Assembly: GCA_951406725.2 (NCBI GenBank)
Contig: OX597838.1
Span: 29,202,001-29,266,000, forward strand
Direction of reading: 5' to 3'
Origin: Octopus vulgaris
Lineage: Eukaryota
DNA: 64,000 bases
A model generated the notes under the pieces. The model ran no database searches and was not told where the DNA came from. It was given only the letters and a program-made list of their open reading frames with translations. Below, one piece after another: positions 1 to 15,368 of the stretch. Made by a program: the position numbers and the translations under genes. The first letter of the stretch is position 1. Each line of letters opens with the position of its first letter.

Positions 1-77
1 TTCATTAATGTCCTCGTCCAGCCCGCAAAGCTAACTTAATCTGTGTACTGCCTTTATGGCAAATGTTTTGAAATAAA

Positions 78-770
<693 letters not shown>

Positions 771-899
771 ATATGTATATGCGTGTGTATATACATATGT
801 ATACATATGTATATATATAAACCCCTTTTTGTATATGTATCTGTATGCATTATTTTTATACCATTGCACCTACTTATGTCAGTACACACTTTTTCTTGT

Positions 900-1690
900 A
901 TATTCATATTTAATTAATGTCTATGTATTATCCTTATCTTATAATCCTGCTTCCGATTCATTACTCTTAATCAATAGATAATATGTATATCTTTCCAGAT
1001 ATTCCATACGTAAGTGGTTTGATTGGTCTTTATAGACACAACCAAATAATTTATTAATTAAGCTAAGATCAGGCATCAAATTGATTCTACATAATCGTAA
1101 CCTTCCTTTTAATGTTTATAACGATTCGTAAACACATTTTGGCAACTTGGTTATGATAACACTTTCTAGAATTTTATTTTATTCTTATACAACATAATAT
1201 TATTGTTTATAAACGTTTCTCCCACTGAGACCCTAATATTTTCCTGAATCTCAATCTAGCATCCTAAGTTTCATAGTGTTTGCCCCTTTAACTGCTAATA
1301 ACATCATGACTTAATGTCACCCCTACCCCACCTCTTTTATAGAAGTTACTTCTAATTGACACTTTCTAAAGTTTTGCTTCTTTTTCTTGTGGGTAGAGGG
1401 GCACCTTGACAATATTTATGTCCAATAGCCAGCGATGACATGTCAACTCATTTTGCTTTTTATTCTAAATATACACAGTCTTCTAGTCTCAAATTTCAGT
1501 TTATGATAAAGAGACAGATAAATTGGAAATGAATTACAACCTCACTGTGTTCCATGCCAATCTATAAAAAAATATAGTCTGTTCTCTTAGATGTTCTTTC
1601 TACAATAGCGACATGAATTTCTTCCAGCTTCTTCCTCTTTTAAAATAATTTAAGAAAAATTATATTTATGTATCTTGTCTGTTGAAGTTC
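900..1690 (-). mobile_element. possible highly decayed L1/Tx1-like LINE remnant
   Basis: Minus strand gives a QGAPL-like RT motif near 1395-1410 and KRGGVG near 1320-1340; A-rich minus strand; no intact ORF. Confidence 0.25.
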
Positions 1691-1699
1691 CATATTTGT

Positions 1700-1783
1700 G
1701 CAACTGAAGATGGCGGTGTATTTAAATTGATATAACGATTGCATTGTTCAATTAAATGGATTCGCTTGAAACGGCCGTACTTA
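1700..1783 (+). ncRNA. minimal hammerhead ribozyme motif (weak stem I), related to the 7487/59313 family
   Basis: CTGAAGA(1704-1710) T GGCG..CGCT T GAAA CGGCCG TA; stem II loop matches 7510-7550. Confidence 0.6.
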
Positions 1784-1805
1784 ATTACTACTTGAAATCA
1801 TGTTA

Positions 1806-1913
<108 letters not shown>

Positions 1914-1944
1914 TGTGTGTGTGCGTGTTTGTGTGTATAGTTGT

Positions 1945-2110
1945 GAAGGCGTGTGGCTTAGTGGATAGGGCATTCGGCTTACGACTGTAAGGACGTGAGT
2001 TCAATTCCCGGCGACACGTTGTGTCCTTGAGCAAGACACTTTATTTCACGTTGCTCCAGTTCACTCAGCTGACAAAAATGGGTAGTATCTGTATTTCATA
2101 GGGCCGGCCC
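1945..2110 (+). mobile_element. tRNA-derived SINE, family C
   Basis: GGCGTGTGGCTTAGTGG (A box), GAGTTCAATTCCC (B box), GTGTCCTTGAGCAAGACAC core; similar copies at 19258(-), 23230(-), 29228(+). Confidence 0.8.
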
Positions 2111-2539
2111 TATGTGTATATGTGTGTATATATATATATACACACACACATATATATACATACATATATATATAAATATATATATATACATATTTATATA
2201 CAAACACACACACACATACATATACATGCATATATATATCCATATGTATATCACATGTATGTACATGTATGTATATATTCATATACATGTATGTGTATAT
2301 ATATACATATATATGTGTGTGTGTGAGTGTGTGTGTGTGTGTGTGAATACCTCCCATACATACACATGTATATACATGCACACATACACACGCATGCACA
2401 CACATGCACACAGCAACAAACACAGACATTCCCAAACACAACACACACACACACACACACACACAAGATGTCTGACATTGTCTTCTGTCTTGTTTCACGT
2501 ATGCACTTAAATGTTCAAAGAATTCGGAGACTTGCCAGG

Positions 2540-3076
2540 AATATCAATTAATGTCCATGCCTTCTGTATCAATAAAAGGCACGAACATGAAACACCATTA
2601 AATACCCTCTTATTGATTTCAAGCAGAGACGACTTACCGAACTTTGTAACAACAATAAACTACAAAGAAGTCTTTGGAACCGAAACGAATCTGAAGGAAA
2701 CGAAATCGTTGTTTAGACGGCAAAATCTGAAAAAGAACCAGCAGTTACTGAAAATAAATATTACCACCAATGAGGAAAGCTAATTGAGCAGTCATCAAAA
2801 GATAATAACATACGTGCTATCAAAAATTGGGAGATGTAAAGCAGAAATCAAGAGAAGTAAAGGGATAGCTTAGGAAATCGTTTGAAGGAAAAAAAAAATC
2901 AAAAAAACATGTCGGATATGTTAACTTGAAGAAATATCAATATCAAAATTCAGGCATAAAAAATGGCTGAAATATTATGTATGGTCCACTGTAGACTATA
3001 GAAATGAAACATGGACAGAAACAGAATTATTATCAAACTGATTACAAAGTCTTTGAGAAACTTGGTTATATATGTG

Positions 3077-3145
<69 letters not shown>

Positions 3146-3360
3146 GTGAATGTTGAGAACATTAAGGACCGAATACAAAATCGATGTTGAAGTAAAAGGA
3201 ATAACGAATGATAAAAGCTAAGACTATTTTATTATGTATCGTCAAAGAGAGAGAAAAGTCAAATATTTTTGGTCCATTAATTAGAAACGAGACGAATGGC
3301 AGACACTGTTAACAGGTTCTAAGGGAAAAGAAGAAGGAAAAAAGTAAGGCTGTACAGGCT
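2540..3360 (+). mobile_element. decayed RTE-clade LINE, RT C-terminal part, split by (TA)n
   Basis: Frameshifted remnants FG..TNLKETKSL, EIKR, ETW, KVKYF resemble RTE ORF2. Confidence 0.5.
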
Positions 3361-4184
3361 GCATCCGTTATGTATATGTGTATATAACACACACATACAC
3401 ACACACACACATATATATAATCACACACACACATATAATCATACATACGCACCCACACACATTCATACAGACACATTCATACACACACAAACACACATAT
3501 ATAATCACACACATATATATATATTATTTCTTTACTACCCACAAGGGGCTAAACACAGAGGGGACAAACAAGGACAGACAAACGGATTAAGTCGATTACA
3601 TCGACCCCAGTGGGTAACACATATATATATATAACTACACACACATACACACACATATATATATAACTACACACACATATATAACATACACACACATATA
3701 TATATAACTACACACACACACATACATATATAACTACACACACATATATATATAACTACACACACATATATAATCACACGCGTACACGCACACATGCATA
3801 CACACACACACATATAATCACGCGCACACACGCACACACTCACATACACTCACACACACAAACAAACACACGTTTACATATTTATGTTTGTACGTATATA
3901 TTCTTTTACTCTTTACTCTTTTACTCGTTTCAGCCATGCGGCCGCGGTCACGCTGGAGCACCATCGTGGTCCTTCTAATGTCCTCAGTCTGGGGTGTTCC
4001 ACATCCCCACTCTTGTATGTGTCTTTGTCCCAGCAGAGGCACATACTTGGTGTATAAGAGAGTTTTTCGCTTCCCTCGTCTGCACCTCATTTAAATAAAA
4101 CCCTTGATTCAAAGACACTGTGTAGAAACTCTATACTTGGAATGACCCTCCATTTTGTTATTGTTCTCTCTCTGTTTCTGTCTG

Positions 4185-4268
<84 letters not shown>

Positions 4269-4439
4269 ATGTACGTGGACTGGTGGTTAGGGTGTTGTCC
4301 ATCACGATCATAATGTCGTGCGTTCGATTTCTGGATCAGGTGGCACGTTCTGATCTTGAACGGGGTACTTCGTTTCTCATTACTTCAGTTCGCTCAGCTG
4401 TAAATGCGTACCAACCTTCTGCTGGTGTTGATCCAACTA

Positions 4440-4479
<40 letters not shown>

Positions 4480-4502
4480 CTCTCTGTGTATCTTCTACCC
4501 GG

Positions 4503-5150
4503 TGGTCCATTAAATCTTGTATTTAATTGTTCTGTTGTACAACCAACATAATTCAAGTTGTGTTTCGTGCATTTTGCCGCGTACACCAAATATGAATCTT
4601 TACATGTCCCACCTTCTGTATAAATTATAACATTTCTGTTGTGATTTCTGATGGAATTCACTTCAATCGTGGGCACAGATTCGACGCCAGGCACAATAAC
4701 AGTAGTTCGACAGAACTTGCTGAACATTTCGTTTCAAGTAGCTGCAATTTTGAAGAAGACTTGAAAGTGCATATTCTCAGAAAATATTCTGAATCTGCTA
4801 CACTTTCACTTCTCAAAATGCATGAGGAGGAATATGTTTGCGGGTTATTAACATCAAGCCCTGGAGGAATGAATAAGATGACAGGAGAATATCATCAAAT
4901 TGATACAAGACTGATTAAATATTCTTTCTCTCTTTTTCTTTCCTCTTTTTTTTTTGTCTCTTTTTTCTGTCTTTTACTTTTTGCCTGTTATAAAATTGAA
5001 ACTTAAAGACTGATGATGTCATTCCACCAAGGTGTGGACGCTGGTTGCTCTCGTTCATACTTTAAATTTAAGTTTCTATAATTTTGGATTTTTCTCACTT
5101 CTTATTTTGAACGACAGATTTGCTGTCGAAATATCGTTCAACCAATAAAA
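4503..5150 (+). mobile_element. Penelope-like element 3' end (GIY-YIG endonuclease) with inverted 5' segment
   Basis: Minus 4503-4655: TCKDSYLVYAAKCTKHNLNYVGCTTEQLNTRFNG. Plus 4660-4920: GHRFD..ELAEHF..LKVHIL..LTSSPGGMN. Decayed HHR (CTGATGA T GTC..GAC, GAAA lost) at 5010. Confidence 0.75.
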
Positions 5151-5182
5151 TATCTATTGCAATCGCATCGCGCTCTTCGTCT

Positions 5183-6320
<1,138 letters not shown>

Positions 6321-6537
6321 AAATATGAGTAAGACCAGCTGCAATGGACAGAAATATTTGCAGCAATCAGCTGCCATTATCATTAGTGTGTTTATTTGTA
6401 ATTATCGTCTTCGTTCGTTAATTACGTCTTTCCGTTTTTGTTGGCGGAATCAGAATGATGATTATTGAATGTTATGAATATATAATGAGTACGAAAATGT
6501 CAATGTTATTGATCACATCAGTAACAACAACAGCGTC

Positions 6538-6725
<188 letters not shown>

Positions 6726-6735
6726 TATATAATCA

Positions 6736-6768
<33 letters not shown>

Positions 6769-7153
6769 TACAGTGCATACATAAACACATACATAAAGTA
6801 TAGTTACATACGTACATATATATATATGTGTGTGTGTGTGTGTATGTATGTGTATACATGTGTGTGCGTAAAGAACGGTATAGATTCGATAATATTACAT
6901 CATTGGAATCAGTTTGAGGTACCTGATAGCAGTCGCTGATTTTTACTAGACATAGCAGTCAAATTGCTATATAAGGAGTTGTATGACCAGATGATCAGCT
7001 TTAATGCAATGAAAAAGATTTTTAGTCGAATGAGTCGACCTCAGTGCTTACTCTATCGGTCTCTTTTGTCGAACCGCTAAGTTACAGGGACGTAAACACA
7101 CCAGTACCGGTTGCCAAGCGTTGGTAGAGGACAAACACAGACACAAACACCCC

Positions 7154-7196
<43 letters not shown>

Positions 7197-7486
7197 GTAT
7201 GGTAAATGAGTTCGGCAAAAAATTTAGATTCAGATGAATATGGTACTTAAGTTGAGGCACCAGAATTTAGTACGGTATTATCAATACAATTTCAAAGTAA
7301 GGTGATTAAAATCAAAATAGCAACAAGGATATCCAGAGGTAATGCAGCACGATCATTTCATGCAACTCCATTTAATTGAACAATGCAATCATTACATCAA
7401 TTTAAAATGCAGTGCAATCCTCAACTGCACAAAGACATATACTAATGTGTCCATCTGTTCTAATTTAATTTAATTCTCTGTCTTTG

Positions 7487-7573
7487 TGTAGCTGAGGATT
7501 GCTCTGCATTTTAAATTGATGTAATGATTGCATTGTTCAATTAAATGGAGTTGCATGAAACGATCGTACTGCA
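7487..7573 (+). ncRNA. minimal hammerhead ribozyme (PLE type)
   Basis: TGTAG CTGAGGA T TGC..GCA T GAAA CGATCG TA CTGCA; decayed inverted copy at 7343-7429. Confidence 0.8.
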
Positions 7574-7646
7574 TTACCTCTGGATATCCTAGTTGCTTAT
7601 TTTGATAATATATATATATATATTTAACATAGATATACATATACAT

Positions 7647-7704
<58 letters not shown>

Positions 7705-7760
7705 ATATATATGTATATTATGTATATATGTATGTATGTATATGTATATATGTATGTATA

Positions 7761-7825
7761 CAGTAGTACCGTGGTTTACGAACGCCTCTGATCACGATTA
7801 AATCGTGCCTTATCTATCTATCTAT

Positions 7826-7895
<70 letters not shown>

Positions 7896-7943
7896 CACAC
7901 GATTTATTCGTGATCAGAAGCATTCGTAAACCGAGTTACTACT
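7761..7943. mobile_element. MITE with pogo/Tigger-like CAGTAGT ends and (TA)n core
   Basis: CAGTAGTACCGTGGTTTACGAACGCCTCTGATCACGATTAAATCGTG and inverted CACGATTTATTCGTGATCAGAAGCATTCGTAAACCGAGTTACTACTG. Confidence 0.7.
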
Positions 7944-8240
7944 GCATGTATAATCAAAACATCATAACGATAGTATAGAGAATTATACATCACCCAAATT
8001 TATTTATTACAATTTTTCTTCTCATTAAATTCCAATTCCACACGTGTCACTGTTGAATAATCGTCATAATGTTCTTTGATGTTGCATCTACGGACATTTC
8101 GTTGATGCAGTTGCAACAAATATGCATCCGAGGTAGACGCTCTTGTGCATATTTGTTTAAGGTGTTAAGCGTTCGGGTGGTGGGTGAAGCAATCTCAACC
8201 GATTGCATAAAAGCCTTGAACAAAACTGCGCATGTATGTC

Positions 8241-8343
8241 TTCCCGCTGATGAAAAAGCGCCGCAGCTGATTCAACTAAAAGTTCATAAATGCTTACATC
8301 AAAGGAAATTAGGACAACTACTGAGCAGAAACACGTGTCGGAA
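8241..8343 (+). ncRNA. hammerhead-like motif, partly decayed stems
   Basis: CTGATGA(8247-8253) .. GAAA CACGTG TC GGAA; downstream sequence copied in inverted orientation at about 7990-8049. Confidence 0.5.
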
Positions 8344-8577
8344 TGGAATTTAATGAGAACAACACAGCAATAAACAGATTTTGATGATGCATGATTCCTA
8401 ATTCGTCTATGGCGTATGAAATCCTTTGAAGCAAACCCTGGATTTACCTGTCAAGTGAAGAACCCTTTAATTGTCTATCATTAACAGTTCTCTGTGTTCC
8501 GTATCTTTCGGGGCGGTTGACCACATCTGGATTATATCACAGTATTAATAAGGTGCCTGCTCGGATTCCACATCCCT

Positions 8578-8634
<57 letters not shown>

Positions 8635-8889
8635 TATATATAATATTTATCATATTATATATATTTCTTTATATATATATATATATATATTATATTATTA
8701 TATATACATACATATAATTTATATATATGCGCATACGTATACATACACGACATTTACAAATGCATAGATACACACAAGCATACACATACGCACATATGCA
8801 CACACATACGTACACATATATACATGCCTACATAATGCATACACATATACACGTACAGACATATACATGCATACACACACGTACATACA

Positions 8890-9477
8890 CAAATACATAC
8901 ATACATACATGCATGCATGCATACATACATACATACATACATACATACATACATCCATGTATACATGCATACATGCATACATGCATACATGCATACATAC
9001 ATACATACATGCATACATGCATACATACATACATACATACATACATACATACATACATACATACATACATACATACATACATACATACATACATACATAC
9101 ATACATACATACATACATACATACATACATACATACATACATACATACATACATACATACATGCATGCATGCATACATACATACATACATACATACATAC
9201 ATACATACATACATACATACATACATGCATACATGCATACATACATACATACATACATACATACATACATACATACATACATACATGCATGCATACATGC
9301 ATACATACATACATGCATGCATACATACATGCATCCATACATACATACATACATACATACATACATACATACATACATACATACATACATACATACATAC
9401 ATACATACATACATACATACATACATACATGCATGCATACATACATACATACATACATACATACATACATACATACA

Positions 9478-9509
<32 letters not shown>

Positions 9510-9510
9510 C
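8890..9510. repeat. (CATA)n/(CATG)n tetranucleotide array
   Basis: Seen directly; similar arrays at 13405-14600, 44740-45115 and 49010-49490. Confidence 0.95.
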
Positions 9511-9744
9511 ATTTCCATTCGCCACAAAATGATGGCAGAGCAAATTAATTCTGACAGGATTTGGTTTAAGCTGACATCACGTTCCTGGACAATTCCCAGA
9601 ACGACCGAATATTGGCACAGCAGCAACAGCAACAATAGCAGCAGCAGCAGTAGTAATAGTGGCGGTGCCTGGTACAGGTGCTGCTTTTGGCGGTGGTGAC
9701 AGCGTTGGTTGTGGCTGTAATTTTATTGGCAGTAGTCGCGGTAG

Positions 9745-10650
9745 TGGTGGTGGTGGTAGTGGTTATGGTGATGGTGGCGAAGGTGGTAATGGTGGTGACG
9801 TTGATGGTGGTGGAATCGGGGGGTGTTTGTGGGTGATACAGTGGGAATATTGATATTGGTGGTAGTATGGATGGTGGTGGTGGTGGTTGTGGTGGTGGTA
9901 TGGTGATGGTGGTGGAGTCGGGGGTGTTTGTGGGTGATACAGTGGGAATATTGATATTGGTGGTAGTATGGATGGTGGTGGTGGTGGTTGTGGTGTATGT
10001 GGTGGTGGTGGTGGTGGTGTTGGTGGTGGTGGTGCTGTTGGTGGTGGTGGATATGGTGATGGTGGCGAAGGTGGTAATGGTGGTGGAGTCGGGGGTGTTT
10101 GTGGGTGATACAGTGGCATTGTGATATTGGTGGTAGTATGGATGGTGGTTGTTGTTGTGGTGGTGGTGGTGCTGTTGGTGGTGGTGGTGCTGTTGGTGGT
10201 GGTGGATATGGTGATGGTGGCGAAGGTGGTAATGGTGGTGGATTCGGGGGTGTTTGTGGGTGATACAGTGGCATTGTGATATTGGTGGTAGTATGGATGG
10301 TGGTGGTTGTGGTGGTGGTGGTGGTGGTGGTGGTGGTGGTGGATATGGTGATGGCGGCGAAGGTGGTAATGGTGGTGATGTTGATGGTGGAGTCGGTGGT
10401 GTTTGTGGGTGATACAGTGGGAATAGTGATATTGGTGGTAGTATGGATGGTGGTGGTGGTTGTGGTGGTGGTGGTCATGGTGGTCGGGAAAAGTATGTGG
10501 CGTGGGAGAAGGTATGTGCGGCGATGTCTGTGGCGGGGACGGTGTGGTTGTTGTGTTGGTGGTGGTGGTGGTGTCGGGGTGTTTGTGGGTGATACAGTGG
10601 CATTGTGATATTGGTGGTGGATGGTGAGGGTGATGGTGGTAGTGGTGGCG
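9745..10650. repeat. GGT-rich minisatellite with a complex core
   Basis: About 6 copies of GTCGGGGGTGTTTGTGGGTGATACAGTGG..TGATATTGGTGGTAGTATGGATGG separated by variable (GGT)n. Confidence 0.9.
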
Positions 10651-10815
10651 CTAGTGTTTGCAGTTAACGAGAGCAGCCACAGAGTCAAGAACAACAACAA
10701 CAACAACAACAACATCGCCAGCAACCAAATCTGTGACACCCACGTTTTGTTCACAATTCAATATAGCAGCATTTGAATACAGCTATAACACCGAATCGGT
10801 ATATTCACACACATA

Positions 10816-11236
10816 AGGCGGCGAGCTGGCAGAATCGTTAGCACGCTGGGTGAAATGCTTAGCAGCATTTCGTCTGCCGCTACGTTCTGAGTTCAAATTC
10901 CGCCGAGGTCCACTTTGCCTTTCATCCTTTCGGGGTCGATAAATTAAGTACCAGTTGCGCACTGGGATCGATATAATCGACTTAATCCGTTTGTCTGTCC
11001 TTGTTTGCCCTCTCTGTGTTTAGCTCCTTGTGGGTAGTAAAGAAATAAGTATTTCGTCTACCGTTACGTTCTGAGTTCAAATTCCGCCGAGGTCGACTTT
11101 GCCTTTCATCCTTTCGGGGTCGATTAAATAAGTACCAGTTACGCACTGGGGTCGATGTAATCGTCTTAATCCGTTTATCTTTCCTTGTGTGTCCCCTCTG
11201 TGTTTAGCCTCTTGTGGGTAGTAAAGAAATAGGTAT
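10816..11236 (+). mobile_element. SINE family B with tandemly repeated body
   Basis: GGCGGCGAGCTGGCAGAA..GAGTTCAAATTCC..GCCTTTCATCCTTTCGGGGTCGAT; body repeats from 11050; same arrangement at 62438-62840. Confidence 0.85.
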
Positions 11237-11596
11237 ATTCACACATACACACACACACGAATATATACACATACACGCATATATACACACATACCCATAT
11301 ACACATACATACACACATATATATATATGTACACGCATATGCACTCACATATATATACACATATATACACACATACACACACACACATATATATACACGC
11401 GTACACACACATCCACGCATATACATATATACACGCATATCACACACATATACACATACATATATACACGCACGCAAACTCACGCGTACACGTGTTAGCA
11501 TGCATATGTGTGTGCAGGTTCGTCTGTATATCTCTACCCTTACTCGCTCTAGCTCTTACTCTCTCTTTCTCCCACCCTCTTCCTGTCTATCTATCG

Positions 11597-11661
<65 letters not shown>

Positions 11662-11675
11662 CCTTTCTGTCTTGC

Positions 11676-11737
<62 letters not shown>

Positions 11738-11829
11738 GGAGAGTTTACGAAAAAAACAACAAAAGACGAAGACAGGTGGTGTACAAAACAAACAGATGTA
11801 TTAATATAACGCTCAGGAATAGGAAAAGT

Positions 11830-11865
11830 CTTTTACGTTTCGAGCCTACGCTCTTCTACAGAAAG
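11830..11865 (-). ncRNA. ultra-minimal hammerhead-like motif in PLE-type repeat (11737-11912)
   Basis: Minus: CTTT CTGTAGA A GAGC-GTAG-GCTC GAAA CG TA AAAG; non-canonical core; relatives at 35042, 46256, 60322. Confidence 0.55.
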
Positions 11866-11916
11866 GGACACAGAAAACAAGGAGAGAAAAATGCGTGTAG
11901 TGGCTAACGATCTATC

Positions 11917-11976
<60 letters not shown>

Positions 11977-12016
11977 CAATATATGTATATATATATTAAT
12001 ACATTTATATTAATAT

Positions 12017-12270
12017 ACAGGGTGGCGCATAAAAAAATAGCTTGAATTCCGTAGCATAGTATAAACACAGAAATAAATTTAAACACGCAACAAAGCACCC
12101 AGCCTTTCGTTTGCAAGTGGCATTATGTTATTTCGGCCGAAAAAGGAGGCTTCTAATCGCTATACACATGTGAAATGATATGGCGAATGTCCCTGAATAA
12201 CTTCCGGCGTGTGAACTGTAGGGTTTCTTTGTTCTGGGGTGCTGTGCGCATACTCGCTGCAAACGTACAA
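12017..12270 (-). mobile_element. possible Tc1/mariner terminal relic
   Basis: TA-CAGGGTGGCGCATAAAAAAA TIR-like end; only a weak transposase C-terminal resemblance. Confidence 0.35.
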
Positions 12271-12539
12271 TGAAACATATATATCAATGTAATATATACG
12301 TAGCCTTAAAATTGTTACCTTGGGTTTCATCTTTGAGTTTTTCCGGACAAAATCGAGCGGGTCGGGAGAAAGGAATTCGTCTTAAACAAATACCTTATAT
12401 TCATCTCCATATATTGAGATATCTCATCTCATTCTTTTGATAGAAATCAAGGTTTCAATATACACTCATAAATATTTCCTACCTATATTTATATATATAT
12501 ATATATATACAAATGTGCTTGCGTGTATGTCTGTACGTC

Positions 12540-13404
12540 TATGTCTATTTTGTAGTTATTATATAAATCTTCCACTGAGGAGTGGGGTGGTTTCCAACAA
12601 AGATAAAAGACTCCATCTTTGGGATGTAGTCAACACAGACGAATTCACATTTGGAAAGTGAGAAAAGTCTTGCATATTTTTATTGTTCCACTCACAGATT
12701 GCCCTTGTAATGTACGAATCAGCCGCTCAATTTCTCTTTCTGAAAATCCCAGTTTATCCAGATTCTCCTTTAAGCATTTACTAACAAAACCTAGTGATTC
12801 AATTATTATTGGTATGAATATGAATTCATAGTCTGGGGCATCTTGGGCAAGTGTCTTCTGCTATAGCCCCGGGCCGACCAATGCCTTGTGAGTGGATTTG
12901 GTAGACGGAAACTGAAAGAAGCCTGTCGTATATATATATATTTATATATATATATGTATGTGTGTGTGTTTGTGTGTCTGTGTTTGTCCTCCTAGCATTG
13001 CTTGACAACCGATGCTGCTGTGTTTACGTCCCCGTCACTTAGCGGTTCGGCAAAAGAGACCGATAGAATAAGTACTGGGCTTACAAAGAATAAGTCCCGG
13101 GGTCGATTTGCTCGACTAAAGGTGGTGCTCCAGCATGGCCGCAGCCAAATGACTGAAACAAGTAAAAGGGTATATAGAAGCTGGAGGCTTCGAAGCGGTT
13201 TTCCATAGATATCCTTTGATATCCTTTGATTTTCAAAGAGATATTTATATCTGCAGGGCAGCTAGCCCCTATGATGGTACTTTTGCCCCTCTGTCCCAAA
13301 CGACAATATCTGGCCTGTTATGTTTACATTTGACAGATGTTTTGATGGGAATATTCCACCAGTATTCCTTGAATGTATTCCATAACAGAGGGAATTATGT
13401 AACT
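12540..13404 (-). mobile_element. R4/Dong-clade LINE 3' end (restriction-like endonuclease), interrupted by a SINE A at about 12834-13170
   Basis: Minus: KEYWWNIPIKTSVKCKHNRPDIVVWDR..SCPADINISLKIK..QLLY|PDYEFIFIPIIIESLG..KLGFS..SGTIKICKTF; homologous to 45750-46137. Confidence 0.8.
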
Positions 13405-14040
13405 TATGCATGTATGTATGTATGTATGTATGTATGTATGCATGTATGTATGTATGTATGTATGTATGTATGTATGTATGTATGTATGTATGTATGTATG
13501 TATGTATGTATGTATGTATGTATGTATGTATGTATGTATGTATGTATGTATGTATGTATGTATGTATGTATGTATGTATGTATGTATGTATGTATGTATG
13601 TATGTATGTATGTATGTATGTATGTATGTATGTATGTATGTATGTATGTATGTATGTATGTATGTATGTATGGATGCATGCATGTATGTATGTATGTATG
13701 TATGTATGTATGTATGTATGTATGTATGCATGTATGTATGGATGCATGTATGTATGTATGTATGTATGTATGTATGGATGCATGCATGTATGTATGGATG
13801 CATGCATGTATGTATGTATGTATGTATGTATGTATGTATGTATGTATGCATGCATGTATGTATGTATGTATGTATGTATGTATGTATGTATGTATGTATG
13901 CATGTATGTATGTATGTATGTATGTATGGATGCATGCATGTATGTATGTATGTATGTATGTATGTATGTATGTATGTATGTATGTATGTATGCATGCATG
14001 GATGCATGTATGTATGTATGTATGTATGTATGTATGTATG

Positions 14041-14074
<34 letters not shown>

Positions 14075-14624
14075 TGTATGTATGTATGTATGTATGTATG
14101 TATGTATGTATGTATGCATGTATGCATGTATGTATGGATGCATGTATGTATGTATGTATGTATGTATGTATGTATGTATGTATGTATGTATGTATGTATG
14201 TATGTATGTATGTATGTATGTATGTATGCATGCATGCATGTATGTATGTATGTATGTATGTATGTATGTATGTATGTATGTATGCATGTATGGATGCATG
14301 TATGTATGTATGTATGTATGTATGTATGTATGTATGTATGTATGTATGTATGGATGCATGCATGCATGTATGTATGTATGTATGTATGTATGCATGCATG
14401 CATGTATGTATGTATGTATGTATGTATGTATGTATGTATGTATGTATGTATGCATGTATGGATGCATGCATGTATGTATGTATGTATGTATGCATGTATG
14501 TATGCATGCATGCATGTATGTATGTATGTATGTATGTATGTATGCATGTATGGATGCATGCATGTATGTATGTATGTATGTATGTATGTATGTATGTGTG
14601 TGTGTGTGTGTGTATCTGTGCACA

Positions 14625-14868
14625 CATTTCAATGCCGTGTATATGCCATAAGGCTTGCAAATCTAACAGAGGCCTCGAAAGACATTTTAAAATCCACAAA
14701 GATCAGAACTTAACTGCAGCTCTTGGTGGTCCAAATCGGATATGCGATCTATGTGGGTGTCTTTTCAATACATTGTCTGGTTAAAAAAGCCACATCAGAT
14801 GCCATGATGGAACTAAGGTGTAAGTACAAGAGATGGTTAGACTCTGCATAAGGAGTAGACAACCACCA
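14625..14868 (+). mobile_element. RTE-like LINE extreme 3' end with two C2H2-like fingers
   Basis: C.ICHKACKSNRGLERHFKIH and CDLCGCLFNTLSG*KSHIRCH, embedded in (TATG)n. Confidence 0.55.
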
Positions 14869-15331
14869 TGCATGCATGCATGTATGTATGTATGTATGTA
14901 TGTATGTATGTATGTATGTATGTGTGTATGTGTGTATGTATGTATGTATGTATGTATGTATGTAGGTAGGTAGGTAGGTAGGTAGGTTGGTAGGTAGGTA
15001 GGTAGGTAGGTAGGTAGGTAGGTAGGTAGGCAGGTAGATAGATTTGTTGGGTGGTTCGTTTGATCGTTGGTTCGTTGGTTTTATAGTTTTTGGTTCGTTG
15101 GTATGTTTAATATATTAAACTTGAAGGTGGCGAGTTGAAAATGATGGATAAAAATGTAGAAACACACATACACACACACACAGCATAAATGACAATGAAT
15201 ATTGTGCACAGTGATAGGTACGTCGAAAAAAAAAGCAAAGGGAAAGATGTAGACCGACGTTTCGAACGAACCCTTTATAGAGTAAAAAGCAAAGTAAAAG
15301 AAACAAGAAAAGAAACAAAACCTATTTACAG

Positions 15332-15368
<37 letters not shown>

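Noticed and set aside
9745-10650. Repeat-spacer-like array or mucin-like 343-aa ORF
   Set aside because: Spacers are just variable (GGT)n and frame shifts between units; minisatellite
12310-12390. Minus GAAA CCCAAGG TA ACA as an HHR, and similarly CTGAAGA at 56310(-)
   Set aside because: The other half of the core is missing or too decayed to count
13216-14784. 522-aa and overlapping ORFs (MYVC/HTYI repeats), and all YI, CV and IYLS ORFs elsewhere
   Set aside because: Stop-free translations of microsatellites open in several frames; not genes
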